From assembly GCF_009914755.1 (NCBI RefSeq), contig NC_060927.1: a DNA stretch of 64,000 nucleotides. One strand, 5' to 3'. The notes under the pieces were generated by a model, which was not told where the DNA came from, did no database searches, and saw nothing but the letters and a program-made list of their open reading frames with translations. This document shows, in pieces, positions 52,500 through 64,000 of this stretch. Both the position numbers and the translations under genes were made by a program. The stretch's first letter is position 1. Every line of letters begins with the position of its first letter. This DNA comes from the human T2T-CHM13v2.0 reference genome, Homo sapiens.

Positions 52500-54050
52500 T
52501 TATTTTACTCACTCATGCAACAAATATTTATGGAATGCCAGTCACTGATCTAGGCATTGGGAAGACAGCCACAAACCAATAGTATCCTGATGGATGTTAT
52601 GGTCTGGTGGGGTACAGAAAATGACTAAATATGTAATCTAAGGTTAGTAGTACAAATACTATGGAGAATCATACAGCAAGTGTAGACAAAGATAATAAGT
52701 AGGGTTTTACAGAGTTTGCTATCTTTATATACAATTGTCAGGTAAAAACTTTCTAGGGAGGTAACATTTGAGAAGAAACCTAAATAAAGTTAGAAGGTGA
52801 TGCTGGGAAAAGAGTAGCTGGGTAATCTCGTATGCTCAGAGGCCTTGAAATATCACATGCTCAGTGTGTTCATGGAGTGGCAAACTGCCTGTGCTGATGG
52901 AGCAAGGTAAGCGGGAGTAAGAAAAAATCACGTTGGAAAGAAAACTGAGCAGGCCATGGTAAAGACTTTGACTTTTATTCTGAGTAGAGAAAGCACTGGA
53001 AGGTTGAAAGGAGAGAAGTGACATGTTCTAGTTTGTATTTTACCTTGCTCTTCCAATGGTAATATGGAGAATGGATCACCAGAAGCATAAAGTGGGAGAA
53101 GAAAGAATTCAGAGGGCCCTGTAAAGGCTGAGTTGTGAGATGTGGAGGTTGTTGTGGAGATGGTGGATGGTTTTTGGAGACTAGATATATTTTGAAGATA
53201 ATGCCAACTTGTTTTCTAATGAATTAGATGCAGAGTGTGAAAGAAAAGGAAAAGTTAAAGATAATCTCATGTTTTTTATCTTAAGCACCTAAGTAAATCA
53301 TGATATAATTTACCGAAATAGAGAACAGAAATGAGAAAATATTGGGGAAGATGCAAGATTTCAGTGTTGGACAACTTAAATTTGAAATCTGAGTGAAGCT
53401 GTTCAGAAGGCAGTAGGACTTACGAGTTTGGAGTTTAGAGGACAAGTTGAGACTGATCACGTTTTTGTAGTAATTACTATGTAGATGGAATTTAAAACTG
53501 TAGAACTGATCAAGATAACACCAAGAAAGTAATTAAAGATTAAGCCCTGAGACACTGTAATATTTAGATTCTGGGAGATAAGGAGAAGCCATATATTAAT
53601 AGTAAACTGGGAAGGAAGAAGAGCCAGGTGAGCATAGCAAAGGATATGTGAAGAGTGTGTCTAAAGAGGGTTTGATTGCCAGTGTCAAATGCTGTTGAGA
53701 ATATGAATTAGGAGGGAATTGATAATTGACTGTTGAATTTGGTAATGTGGATGTTGGCAACAAAGTCCTTGGGGATTTCACAAAAATGGTTTTAGTGAAG
53801 AGGTAGACACAAAAACTTTCTCGAAGAGCATTCAAGAGAGAATTGAAGAAGAGATATTGGAAAAAGAGAAACAGAAATTTTCAGTTCAGCTTTCCTAAAG
53901 GAGGAATCGGAGAACTGGTGCAAGCGCTGGTTGGAGATATCAGTGAAAAAAATCATTTATTTTTTTAACATAGGAGATATTACATTATGTTTGAATACTA
54001 ATTGGACCAATTCAGGGAAAAGGCTTGCAAGGCAAAGGGGAAACAGATTG
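52500..54050 (-). mobile_element. LINE-2 3' portion
   Basis: ACTCATGCAACAAATATTTA tail and purine-rich L2 body motifs (TAAATTTGAAAT, GTGTCAAATGCTG). Confidence 0.8.
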
Positions 54051-55489
54051 ATGGGAATGATAGGCAGTGAAACTTTGTGGGGCCAGTGGTTTAGAAATTA
54101 TCGAGGGTTTAAAAGTTCATTGGGCTTGTGTTACTAGAAGAAGCAAATTTGAGATATAAAAGATCGAGAAGTGAGGTGCTTCAAATGGACTTCTTATTAA
54201 TAGACAAGTTCCAATCATGTAATAGAATGAGACTATGACTTCCTTGTATGTTGTATTTGTTAATTCATTGATCCCTACAGAGGACAAGTGCTAGTTCTGT
54301 TTTCTATATTCACTATGAATACTCAAAATATATGTATTTAGAATAAAACCTAAAATAAAATCTAAGTATAACTAATTATTTCTATTTTGAGGTTGTTTAT
54401 GCTTTATATATGCATAACATTCTGCAATGGAAATGGGTAAAGAAGAAGAGATAATTTCTGTAGTGAGGCATTCTAGACAATTTATCGATCCTATCAGAAA
54501 GGTACAGTGCATGGGGACAAATAATAGGCAAGTTGGTAAACTTGGAGGAATCGTAAGAATATGAAAGCTATCTTCTGATGGCAATGATTTAGTGAAATGA
54601 GAAAGAAAAGCTCTAAAGAGGGAGAGTGAGCTGAGTGGAGAAATGAGAAGATTGCTAGGTAGCTCGGAAGGCCCACTGGAGGTTTGCGGTAATAAATTTA
54701 AAGTGTGATCAGCCAGCACATTTATGTGTAGTAAAATATTAGTCTTTTCCATTGAAATTAAAAAAATTATTGAATTCCTTCTTCATCTTTTTTTTTTTTT
54801 TACTGCCATCCAAAATAATATCTTCAGGCATTAAGGAAAGAATTTTATTTCCGTGAAAATTGGATGATAAAAGTTGGCAGCCAACATTTATACTTATTTC
54901 TGAAAAGCAAATAGACTCTGTACTTAAACTAATTTATTTGCTTATATTAAAAAGTTTTTCAATGACATTTCTTCTTCTAGAGATATGTATGTGAACATAA
55001 TTTCTTTTAATATTTTGATAAAAAATAAATGTTTATATTGCATGTTATAGTGCAATATAAAATGAAAAAAATGAGTTAAAAATATAAGAAAATAAAAATC
55101 ATCTGTGCCCCTATCAACCACTTCTAATTACTAGTACTGTTTTAGTGTATATATTTTTCCGGGTATGTACAGATAAATAAATTTATTTCTCTAGCAATAA
55201 ACACTATACTTTAAAATTTTTTATTACCTGATTTTCATAATATCTGTCTATCTAAATAATATGTATCTAAAATGTCTTTCAAAATTACTCTTTAGCATAT
55301 TATTTTAATAAATCCTTTAGTTTGATGTTACCAATCATATTGTGAACAGTTTTGTCATATAACTGACAAATTACTTATAAAGTTCAAATTGAAGAGAGAA
55401 AATAAGGGAATATCTAAAAATATTTGGAAAAAACCCACAAAACAAAGAAAATGCATACCCTTTACCTAGCAATGCCATATATATATATA

Positions 55490-55615
55490 AATTTGTATTT
55501 TTTTTAGTATAGATGGTGTCTCACCATGTTGCCCAGGCTGGTCTTGAACTTCGGAGCTCAAGCAATCTGCCCACCTTAGCCTCCCAAAGTACTAGGAACT
55601 ACCACACCTGTCCAA
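55490..55615 (-). mobile_element. FLAM-C/AluJ left monomer
   Basis: CACCATGTTGCCCAGGCTGGTCTTGAACT...CTCAAGCAATCTGCCCACCTTAGCCTCCCAAAGT. Confidence 0.85.
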
Positions 55616-56259
55616 CCTAAGCTGTATTTTAATAGAAATATTAGTATGTATAGGAACACTTACTGAAGCATTGATTCTAATAATTCAAATTTAGAAATTA
55701 ATGTTTTCCAGTAGATAAATGACGATACATTTAATTTAAAAGACAGGTTTTCTACAACAGACAGTTCAGTGATAAATATCATCAAGTAATAGGTATCATA
55801 TAGTAATAGTAATTTAAAATTTTTATATGAATATTTATATTCATATTCATATATGAATTCATATATATTTATATTCATATAAAAATGAAATATGAACAAA
55901 ACTTTCTATGTTTAGAGGCATATGAAAGAAGTCTATAAAAGAAAATTTATAAGGCTATACACTGAATGAATTAACAGTGGGTATCTCTGAGGCAAGAAAT
56001 AGGATTTGAGGAAGGACAGTAAAGCAATTTGGGGGAAATGTTTGCATTTTTACTTTGTATATTTCTTATCAGTTTCATTATTTTATATTTAGAATAACAT
56101 GTTATTTATCAGTTATTAGTATATGTGTATTTTTATAAATTATATATATATTATTTTATAAGGCACCAAAATAAAATTAATAACAGAAATGGAATTTGCT
56201 GGTAAATTTTTCGAGCTTGCTATAGCTAAATTTGTTTAGGATATGTGTGTTCATAGATA

Positions 56260-56780
56260 ATATAGATAAGGGGCATCTAAAGTTTCATTGAGTAAGTAAA
56301 TTAGAAGTTGAAGCAAAAAGAATACCAGGCATTAGGCAATAATATCAGAAACATAAGAAACAGCATGTGTGAAGGCTCAGAGGTAAGAAGAAGCATATGG
56401 TATTCCCGTAGAGTGGAACTCAAAGATGTAGGATAAGGATGGTGAGATGGGCAGAGTTCAGATCCTAAAGGGTTTTGTAATTTATGCTGTTTGGGCAACA
56501 TATTGGAGAGCAGTCAGTACAGAGTTTTTAAGTTTGGGAGTGACATGATCAGATTTAGATTTTTATAATTTCAGTTGTACTTCAGAATGAAAAATGGATT
56601 CGAAGCGCATGTTTGGATAGGGAAGGCCTATTCCTCACATAGTGGTCCAGGTAAGACAAGTCATTAAAGTGGACAAGGATGATGGTAACAGATATGGAAA
56701 CAACTGGACTAATTCTAAGAACAGCTATAAAAGCATATTGGCGGAATTACTGGTTGGTTGGATATGAATGAGGATCCAAA
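56260..56780 (-). mobile_element. LINE-2 fragment
   Basis: GAAACAGCATGTGTGAAGGCTCAGAGG...GGGAGTGACATGATCAGATTT...TAGTGGTCCAGGTAAGA. Confidence 0.7.
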
Positions 56781-57080
56781 AAAAGTTGCCTTTACGCTTT
56801 ACAAAAGAGGGACAGATGAAGCAAATACACAGAAAGGTTGAAAGTAAAACAGTGAAAAGATTATATCAGGCAAGTACTAACTTAACTAGTGTTGCCATAT
56901 TGGCATCAGGTTATTAAACTTAAGAAAGAAAACATTGTTTCAGAGAATTATCTAAATTGTGATAAATTCCAGTGCACCAGATACATACAAATTTTAATTG
57001 CTAGGTATTACTACATTCTAAATAAAATAAAAGCAAAATTTAAAAAATAATAATGGCAAATTGGGATCTACCAACTCCAG

Positions 57081-57415
57081 CAGCGGTCCCCAACTTTTTG
57101 GCACCAGGGACCAGTTTCATGAAAGACAATTTTTCCATGGATGGCGGACTGTGGGTGTGGGGTACTTTCAGGATTAAACTGTTCCACCTCACATCATTAG
57201 GCCTTAGATTCTCATAAGGAGCACACAGTCTAGAACCCCCTTACGCACAGTTCACAGTAGGGTTCATGAGAATCTAATGCCTCCACTGATCTGAAAGGAG
57301 GTAGAGCTCATGCGGTAATGCTTGCCCACCTGCTGTTCACCTCCTGCTGTGCAGCTGGGTTCCTAACAGGACATGGACCCATAGGGGTCTGCAGCCCAGG
57401 GGATGGGGACTCCTC
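57081..57415 (+). mobile_element. MER1B (hAT-Charlie MITE)
   Basis: CAGCGGTCCCCAACTTTTTGGCACCAGGGACC...GGGATGGGGACTCCT; ~335 bp. Confidence 0.92.
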
Positions 57416-57992
57416 ATCTATAGGAGAGATTTTAATATATCTTTCTCAATTAAGAATAGATAAGCAATTAACTAAGTCTGAAGAAAATAAGAACAATGCA
57501 ATAAATAAATATGGTCTAATTATAGAAAGTATTGCATCTAGTTATTTAAAATAGCATATTATTTCAACGTATAAAATATCTACAGATATATAGTGACAAT
57601 GTACCAGTCAAACATAATAACAAAAATTATGTATGTGTTAAATATAAAAAAAGCAAATTGAGGAATTATGAGTAAAGCTGAATTGAATATATATTATTGC
57701 TATTAGAACGTTCAAATAGGCTAAATTGGAGGGAAAACTTCAAAGCCATTAAAGAAAGTGAATTTATAGGTTAAAATCTTCTTACAAATTTAAAACAAAT
57801 TTAGGTAATTTTATTGTGAGTTCTTTCAAACTTAATTCTCCTTAGCTTGATAAACTATATCAAAACCTGTATCAAATATATGTGGCAATAACATGTTAAG
57901 AAATAGTCCCTCCCAAAACAGAAAAGCACATTGTTAAAGAATAATTTTTAAAAAAGAGAGTCATGACAGATAGAGTAAAATGAATGTGAACA

Positions 57993-58273
57993 GGTCAGGC
58001 GCGGTGGCTCACGCCTGTAATCCCAGCACTTTAAGAGGCTGAGGTGGGCGGATCACCGAGGTCAGGAATTTGAGACCAGCCTGGCCAAGATGGTGAAACC
58101 CAGTCTCTACTAAAAATACAAAAATTAGCCAGGCGTGGTGGCGGGTGCCTGTGGTCCCAGCTACTCAGGAGGCTGAGGCACAAGAATCACTTGAACCTGG
58201 GAGGTGGAGGTTGCAGTGAGATGGGATTCTGCCACTGCACTGTAGCCTGGGTGACAGAGCGAGACTCTCTCTC

Positions 58274-58300
<27 letters not shown>
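57993..58300 (+). mobile_element. AluSx-type SINE
   Basis: Full dimer with a long poly(A); only a 5-bp flanking duplication GAACA. Confidence 0.95.
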
Positions 58301-58304
<4 letters not shown>

Positions 58305-58355
58305 ATATGCTAAAGATTTTAAAGTTAAAACCTTTAAAATCTTTAGCATATGTTC
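58301..58355. repeat. Perfect inverted repeat, 24-bp arms and 7-nt spacer
   Basis: GAACATATGCTAAAGATTTTAAAG-TTAAAAC-CTTTAAAATCTTTAGCATATGTTC. Confidence 0.98.
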
Positions 58356-59129
58356 ATATTAATTAACCAATAAGATGTTGCAAGTAGTTCAAAGAAAGTT
58401 TTTTTTTTTGTTTTTGTTTTTGTTTTTTTAAAAAAAAACCCAACATATATATTGGCAATCAGAAATGCTGAAATGAATTTGCTTAACAAATATGAAGTTG
58501 GTCAATATCCTTATGGCAATAATCAATGACATCTAAAACACACAATTTCCATTTCTATGGGCAAGAATTATTTGCATTACCATCAGTGTTCCGCAATTTA
58601 CAGAATTGTAAAATAGCTTAAAGATGGAAAAAAAAAAAAAAAAAGAAAACCCACAGCCTCCATAGCATTATATAACTCGGGCAATACTTAGTTATCCATT
58701 AAAGAAACACAGTAATACTTTTGGTCCATTTCAAAAACCTCAAATTTTTCCTATAACTTGTACATTTTAAAGTAAAATTATTAACATTTTGTTTTTCAAG
58801 AAATTTGATCGTGAACATTTACTTTGTACATTCACCATAAGCCAGTAGTGATATTATTATCCACATGGAAACAAAAGATACAAATGTGCTAAAAAAGCAA
58901 TGTCTGTTTCAAAGAGTAGCAATTAGATTAAGAAGGCAATGTATGACTGTAATGAATCTTTTCCTTTTGATCATTTTTAGATCATTTATTACATAATTTT
59001 GCTCATTTTTTAGCTCCAAATTTTCTTGTGTATATACAAAATATGAATCATGTTCATATATTGTGATTAATTGAAAAAAAGAACCGTGCAAATAGTAAAT
59101 GCTTAAAACAGAAAAGGATTTAATTCTAA

Positions 59130-59680
59130 AATTTTTTATATACCAAGGTAACAGAATCAAAGTAAAGCTTTTCCAATTTTATTCTGCCCATGGTGAATAT
59201 TGCATTTAAAATAACATTTGGCACCCCAACAAGAAACTTTTATACATTAACAGTCATTCTCCATTTTTCCCCAAATGCTCCCTCTCCCAGCACTAGGAAA
59301 CCATGAATCCATTTTCTGTCTCTATAGATTTGCCCATTCTGGACATTTCATAAAAATTCAATTGTCCAATTTATGGTTTTTAGTTTCTTTCAGTTAGCAT
59401 AATGTTTTCAAGGTTCATCCATATGACAGCATGTACCAATAATCTGTTTATTTTTATTGCTGCATAATATTTCATTGCATGGAAATATTGCATTTTATTT
59501 ATCCATTCATCAGTTTTTGGACATTTGAGTTGTTTCCACTTTTGGCTATTATAAATAATTTGGCTACGAGCACTTTATGTGCAAGTATTCATGTGAATCT
59601 ATATTTATTTATCTTGGGTACCTCAGGGTGAAATTGTTGAGTTAAATGGCATCTTTACATTTAAACTTTTGAGCCAACTC
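59130..59680 (-). mobile_element. L1MB-type 3' end
   Basis: TCTGTCTCTATAGATTTGCCCATTCTGGACATTTCATA...CAAGGTTCATCCAT. Confidence 0.85.
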
Positions 59681-60486
59681 TGATGATGGAGTCTTAATTT
59701 TCAACATTTCAAAATTCTCTTCATCAAAAAGCACAATTAAAATTTTGAAAAGATAAGCCATAGACTAGAAGATAGTTAGAACAAATATATTCTATAATAG
59801 ATTAGCATCCAAATATTTAAGGACTTCTGTGAATCAGTTAAGAAATTCCAACTTAAAAATGAGCAGGAGACACGAATAGACGTTTCAGAGTATAGGCATT
59901 GAATGTCATTTTCTAAAAAGTCTCAGGAGCTTCTCTGGTTTCTGTGGGAACTCTTCTTCCAACAGGAAGGATTGGATCCAAACAGCCTCCTACAGATTCA
60001 GTAGCTCCCTAGACCTGAAAGTGTGTTCTCTACCTGACAAATCCAGCACTTTCAGACTTGGGTCAGGTATAGACAGCAGTGAAAGCAAAAAGTATCTTAT
60101 TATCATCCCTCCTTTATAAAAACGGTAATTGTATAATGAGATGAAACCTTGATATGAAGCAAGCCTGTCAGCACCCTAATGGGTATTTAACGTTAAATTA
60201 AGGGCAACATAGCAAAGATTCTGACATTCAGTTATGTGGCAGTTTTATTTTTCAGTGGTACCAGGAGTGTTTATTTTTACTTGTATTTTCATAAGAATTA
60301 AACTGAGTGTTGGAAGCTGCATGGTGTATTAGCAAGTTTCTATTTTTCACTTTCATTTTAAGTTGAAGTGTAGAAAATAAACATCTCTAAGTGCAGGCAA
60401 GATGCATTTATTTATTGCTGGGGATGACAAAAGGAGAGCAACTTGGCTTAACAGTAGCAGGGATGATTTTGACTGGGCATTATGAG

Positions 60487-61061
60487 TGTGTCCTGAGTTG
60501 GTTCCTTCCCGTGGGTTCATGGTCTCACAGACTTCAAGAATGAAGCCACGGACCTTTGCAGTGGGTGTTACAGCTCTTAAAGATGGCACAGACCTAAAGA
60601 GTGAGCAGCAGCAAGATTTATTGTGAACAGTGAAAGAACACAGCGTGAAAGGGGACCCGAGTGGGTTGCCACTGCTGGCTGGGGTGGCCAGCTTTTATTG
60701 CCTTATTTGTCCCTTCCTATATTCTGTTTCTGTTCTATCAGAATGCCCCTTTCTCAATCCTCCCCACAGTTGGTTACTTTTAGAATCCTACTGATTGGTC
60801 CATTTTACAGAGTGCTGATTGGTCCATTTTGCAGAGCGCTGATTGGTCTATTTTACAGAGCGCTAATTGGTCCCGTTTACAAACCCTGGCTAGCTACAGA
60901 GCACTGATGGGTGCGATTTTACAAAGCGCTGATTGGTGCATTTTACAAACCTCTTGCTAGCTACAGAGCACTGATTGGTGCATTTTACAATCCCCTTGTA
61001 AGACAGAAAAGTTCTCCAAGTCCCCAGTTAACACAGGAAGTCCAGCTGGCTTCACTTACCA
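60487..61061 (-). mobile_element. Solo LTR12 (ERV9), LTR12F-like
   Basis: U5 GACTTCAAGAATGAAGCC, tandem GCTGATTGGTNCATTTTACA enhancer units, 4-bp TSD TGAG at 60483-60486 and 61062-61065. Confidence 0.92.
60791..60990 (-). promoter_or_regulatory. CCAAT (NF-Y) box array in LTR12 U3
   Basis: Six intact ATTGG units plus one mutated unit (ATGGG). NF-Y binding to LTR12 arrays is established for the family but not shown for this copy. Confidence 0.8.
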
Positions 61062-61880
61062 TGAGGACTGTCTTATTGGTCCTAGAGATAAAATACTGAA
61101 ATGGGCTATTGATATAGCCATATTCCATCTTCAGAAAACTTTCAGAAGAGGAAAGGAGACAACGTGATACAACACCACTTCAATGGCAAGTCAGATGATT
61201 CCAGGAAACAGCAACATCAAGCCAAGAAAAAAAAAAAAAAAAAGGAAAGACAACTTTCCCTTAGGTCTTTGACAAAGTTAAATTGACATTTTTCAATTTC
61301 TTCTAGAAGAAGGTTATCTCCCAGGTGGAAATAATTCCAAGCCCATTTTCCCGACACTCCATGTGGGCTCCAACCTATAATTCCCTCCATTATCAAAAGG
61401 AGAGCTCCAAATCTTAGCCACATGTTCTAACGTTGCTTCTTTTACTTGCCTAATCCATCAGTAATCTTCTTTGGGATTAGAGTCATTTTAATGAAGAAGC
61501 GCTGATTGGTGCATTTTCTTCCTAGAAGCTAACAAATGCTACACTTTAGGTTTTGGAATCAGGTTTTTATCATGCTCTACCTCATAGAATTTTAGCAGTG
61601 GCTTCTATGTGTCATTCATAAAATGACTTGAAAGAGTGTTGTGTTTTTCCTTTTAAATTAGAGCTCTGTGGAGTTGATTCAGGGGTCTCATAGTGGGAGG
61701 GAATGGTTACAAGAGTGGGGTTCCATGCTTTTTACTTCTCTTTTTTTTTCTTTTTTAACAGCTTTATTGAGATATAGTTTATGTACCATACAAGTCACGC
61801 ATTTAAAGTGTAGAAGTCAGTGGTATTTAGTATATTCACAAATATGTAACAGAAGCATAGTCAATTTTAGAATATTTTAT

Positions 61881-62821
61881 TGTTGCAGGAAGTCAGGGAC
61901 CCCGAACGGAGGGACCGGCTGAAGCCATAGCAGAAGAACAGAAATTGTGAAGATTTCATGGACATTTATCACTTCCCCAATCAATACTGTTGTGATTTCC
62001 TATGCCTGTCTTTACTTTAATCTCTTAATCCCGTCATCTTCATAAGCTGAGGATGTATGTCGCCTCAGGACCCTGTAATGATTGTGTTAACTGCGCAAAT
62101 TGTTTAAACAGTATGAAATCTGGGCACCTTGAAAAAAGAACAGGATAACAGCAATGTTCAGGGAACAAGGGAGATAACCTTAAAGTCTGGCTGCCTGTAG
62201 GCCAGGTGGGACAGAGCCATATTTCTCTTATTACCGAAAATGGGTAAGAGAAATATGGCTGAATTCTTTTCCCAGTAAGGAATATTAATAATTAACAGCC
62301 CTGGGAAAAGAATCTATTCCCAGGGCGGGGCCTCTAAAATGGCCTCCCTGGGGGTGTCTGCCTTATGCAGATGTAGATAGGGATGAAACACGCCCTAGTC
62401 TCCTGCAGCGCCCCCAGGCTTGCTAGGATTAGGAAATTCCAGACTGGTGAATTCTAGAAAGACCGGTTCTCTGCTCTTGAACCCTGACAATGCATGCACA
62501 GTAGGACATGGAAGTTCATTAGTGATTCTAGTTTCGCCCTGATCTTCTGCCTTGTGATCTTTTGTTGCCCTTGAAGCATGTGATCTCTGTGACCCACACT
62601 CTATTCGTGCACTCCCTCCCCTTTGAAAATTGCTAATAAAAACTTGCTGGTTTTATGGCTCAGGGGGCATCACGGAACCTGCTGACATGTGATGCTCCCC
62701 TGGACACCCAGCTTTAAAATTTCTCCTTTGTACTCTTTCCCTTTATTTCTCAGACTGGCTGACACTTAGGGAAACTAGAAAAGAACCTACGTGAAATATC
62801 GGGGGCTGGTTTCTCCCAATA
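61881..62821 (+). mobile_element. Solo MER11 LTR (HERV-K HML-8)
   Basis: TGTTGCAGGAAGTCAGGGACCCCGAACGGAGGGACCGGCTG start; AATAAA at 62635-62640; 6-bp TSD TTTTAT, typical of betaretroviruses. Confidence 0.95.
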
Positions 62822-62870
62822 TTTTATTATCTCAAAAGGAAACTCTGTACCCTTTGGCTATCACCTCCCC

Positions 62871-63379
62871 TGTGATGGTTAATATTAAGTGTCAACTTGA
62901 TGGGATTAAAGCATGCAAAGTATTGTTTCTGGGTGTGTCTGTTGCCAATGGAGATTAATATTTGTATGGGTGGACTGGGAGAGACAGGCCCACCTTCAAT
63001 CCGGTTGGGCACAATCTAATCAGCTGCCAATGTGTCTATGATAAAAGCAGGCAGAGAAATGTGGAAGGATTAGACTGGCTTAGTCTTCTGGCCTACATCT
63101 TTCTCCCACGCTGGATGCTTCCCACCCTTGAACATCGGGCTCCAAGTTCTTCAGTGCTGGGGCTCGTGGACCTTTGACCACAGACTGAAGGCTGCACTGT
63201 CGATCCCTACTTTTGAGCTTTTGGGACTTGGATTGGCTTCTTTTCTCCTCAGCTTGCAGACAGCCTATTGTGGGAATTCACCATTGTGATCATATGAGTC
63301 TGTACTCCTTAATAAACTCCCCTTTTTATATACATCTATCCTCTTAGTTCTGTCCCTCTAGAGAACCCTGACTGATACA
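62871..63379 (+). mobile_element. Solo MLT2A (MLT2A2-like) HERV-L LTR
   Basis: TGTGATGGTTAATATTAAGTGTCAACTTG...GAGAACCCTGACTGATACA; 5-bp TSD TCCCC. Confidence 0.93.
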
Positions 63380-64000
63380 TCCCCTAACATCCCACATGCC
63401 ACCTAGCTCTAAACAACCACTAACCTATTCTCTGTCTCTATAGAGTTCTGTGTTACAGAAATTTTATATTAATGGATTTATATAATATGTGCTCTTTTGT
63501 GACTGGCTTCTTTTTCTTAGCATAATGTTTTCCTGTTTCAAAATATAACAATGCTTCATTTCTTTTTATGGCCAAAAATTATTCCATTGTAAGTGCCTTT
63601 ATTTTTTAAACATGTGGCTACAGGCAAATTTTTATTTGAAATAAATTTATATTTGTATACTAAATATGAACACATATATTTGTTATATACTAAATATAAT
63701 AATTTCAATACTAGTGATGTGAAGTTCTCTTATATCCACAACAGATTTAACACTCTCTGAGCCTATAATTCATCTTTTCTGTAACCAAGGCTTTCACTGC
63801 ATATTCCTGGTCAGCAGGTGAGTTAACTCCCTTTACTTATAATACAATTACAGAGAAGTTGAATTAGTGTGTAACCACCTTCAATTGTGTTTTCATGTTA
63901 AAGATGATCGTGCCCAAAGCTGCTTCCTTAACAAAATGTAGCATACAGAATCTTCCCTGATCTGTCAACTCTCTTGAAACCCTTTAGGTAGAATAATAAA

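Larger units (their letters stand above)
61740..63590 (-). mobile_element. L1MB-type 3' end, split by MER11 and MLT2A LTRs
   Basis: AACAGCTTTATTGAGATATAG..., continues at 62822-62870 and from 63380 (CAACCACTAACCTATTCTCTGTCTCTATAGA). Confidence 0.85.

Noticed and set aside
55815-55900. AT-rich palindromes such as ATTCATATATGAAT
   Set aside because: Low-complexity (TA)-rich DNA generates such symmetry by chance.
60791-60990. Repeat-spacer-like array resembling CRISPR
   Set aside because: Standard LTR12 tandem enhancer units; no unique spacers, no cas genes, primate context.

Overview
AT-rich primate (human-like) non-coding DNA made mostly of nested transposable elements. No intact protein-coding gene, RNA gene or CRISPR array is supported. 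Main elements: two large minus-strand L1PB-type LINEs; a full-length but dead HSMAR2 mariner; two non-autonomous MER4-group proviruses; a complete 5.7-kb deleted-type HERV-H provirus (TSD TATCC) with an independent co-oriented solo LTR7 3.7 kb upstream; and a tight cluster of solo LTR12F-, MER11- and MLT2A-type LTRs. Alus, MIR, L2, MER1B, MER8 and MER58 fill the rest. The signal that the repeat annotation does not explain is a set of locally templated copy events: a ~430-bp, ~98%-identical copy of MER4-internal DNA pasted 1.9 kb away into an L1; an exact 21-bp LTR12 CCAAT unit copied ~570 bp away, outside its LTR; a perfect 24-bp-arm fold-back hairpin with an Alu at its base; and several smaller inverted or direct templated insertions. 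There is also a tiny L1 insertion with an apparent 12-nt 3' transduction, and two candidate minus-strand non-coding exons. I found no evidence for a new protein-based system. Family and subfamily names come from recalled consensus sequences and need RepeatMasker/Dfam confirmation; boundaries of old elements are approximate.
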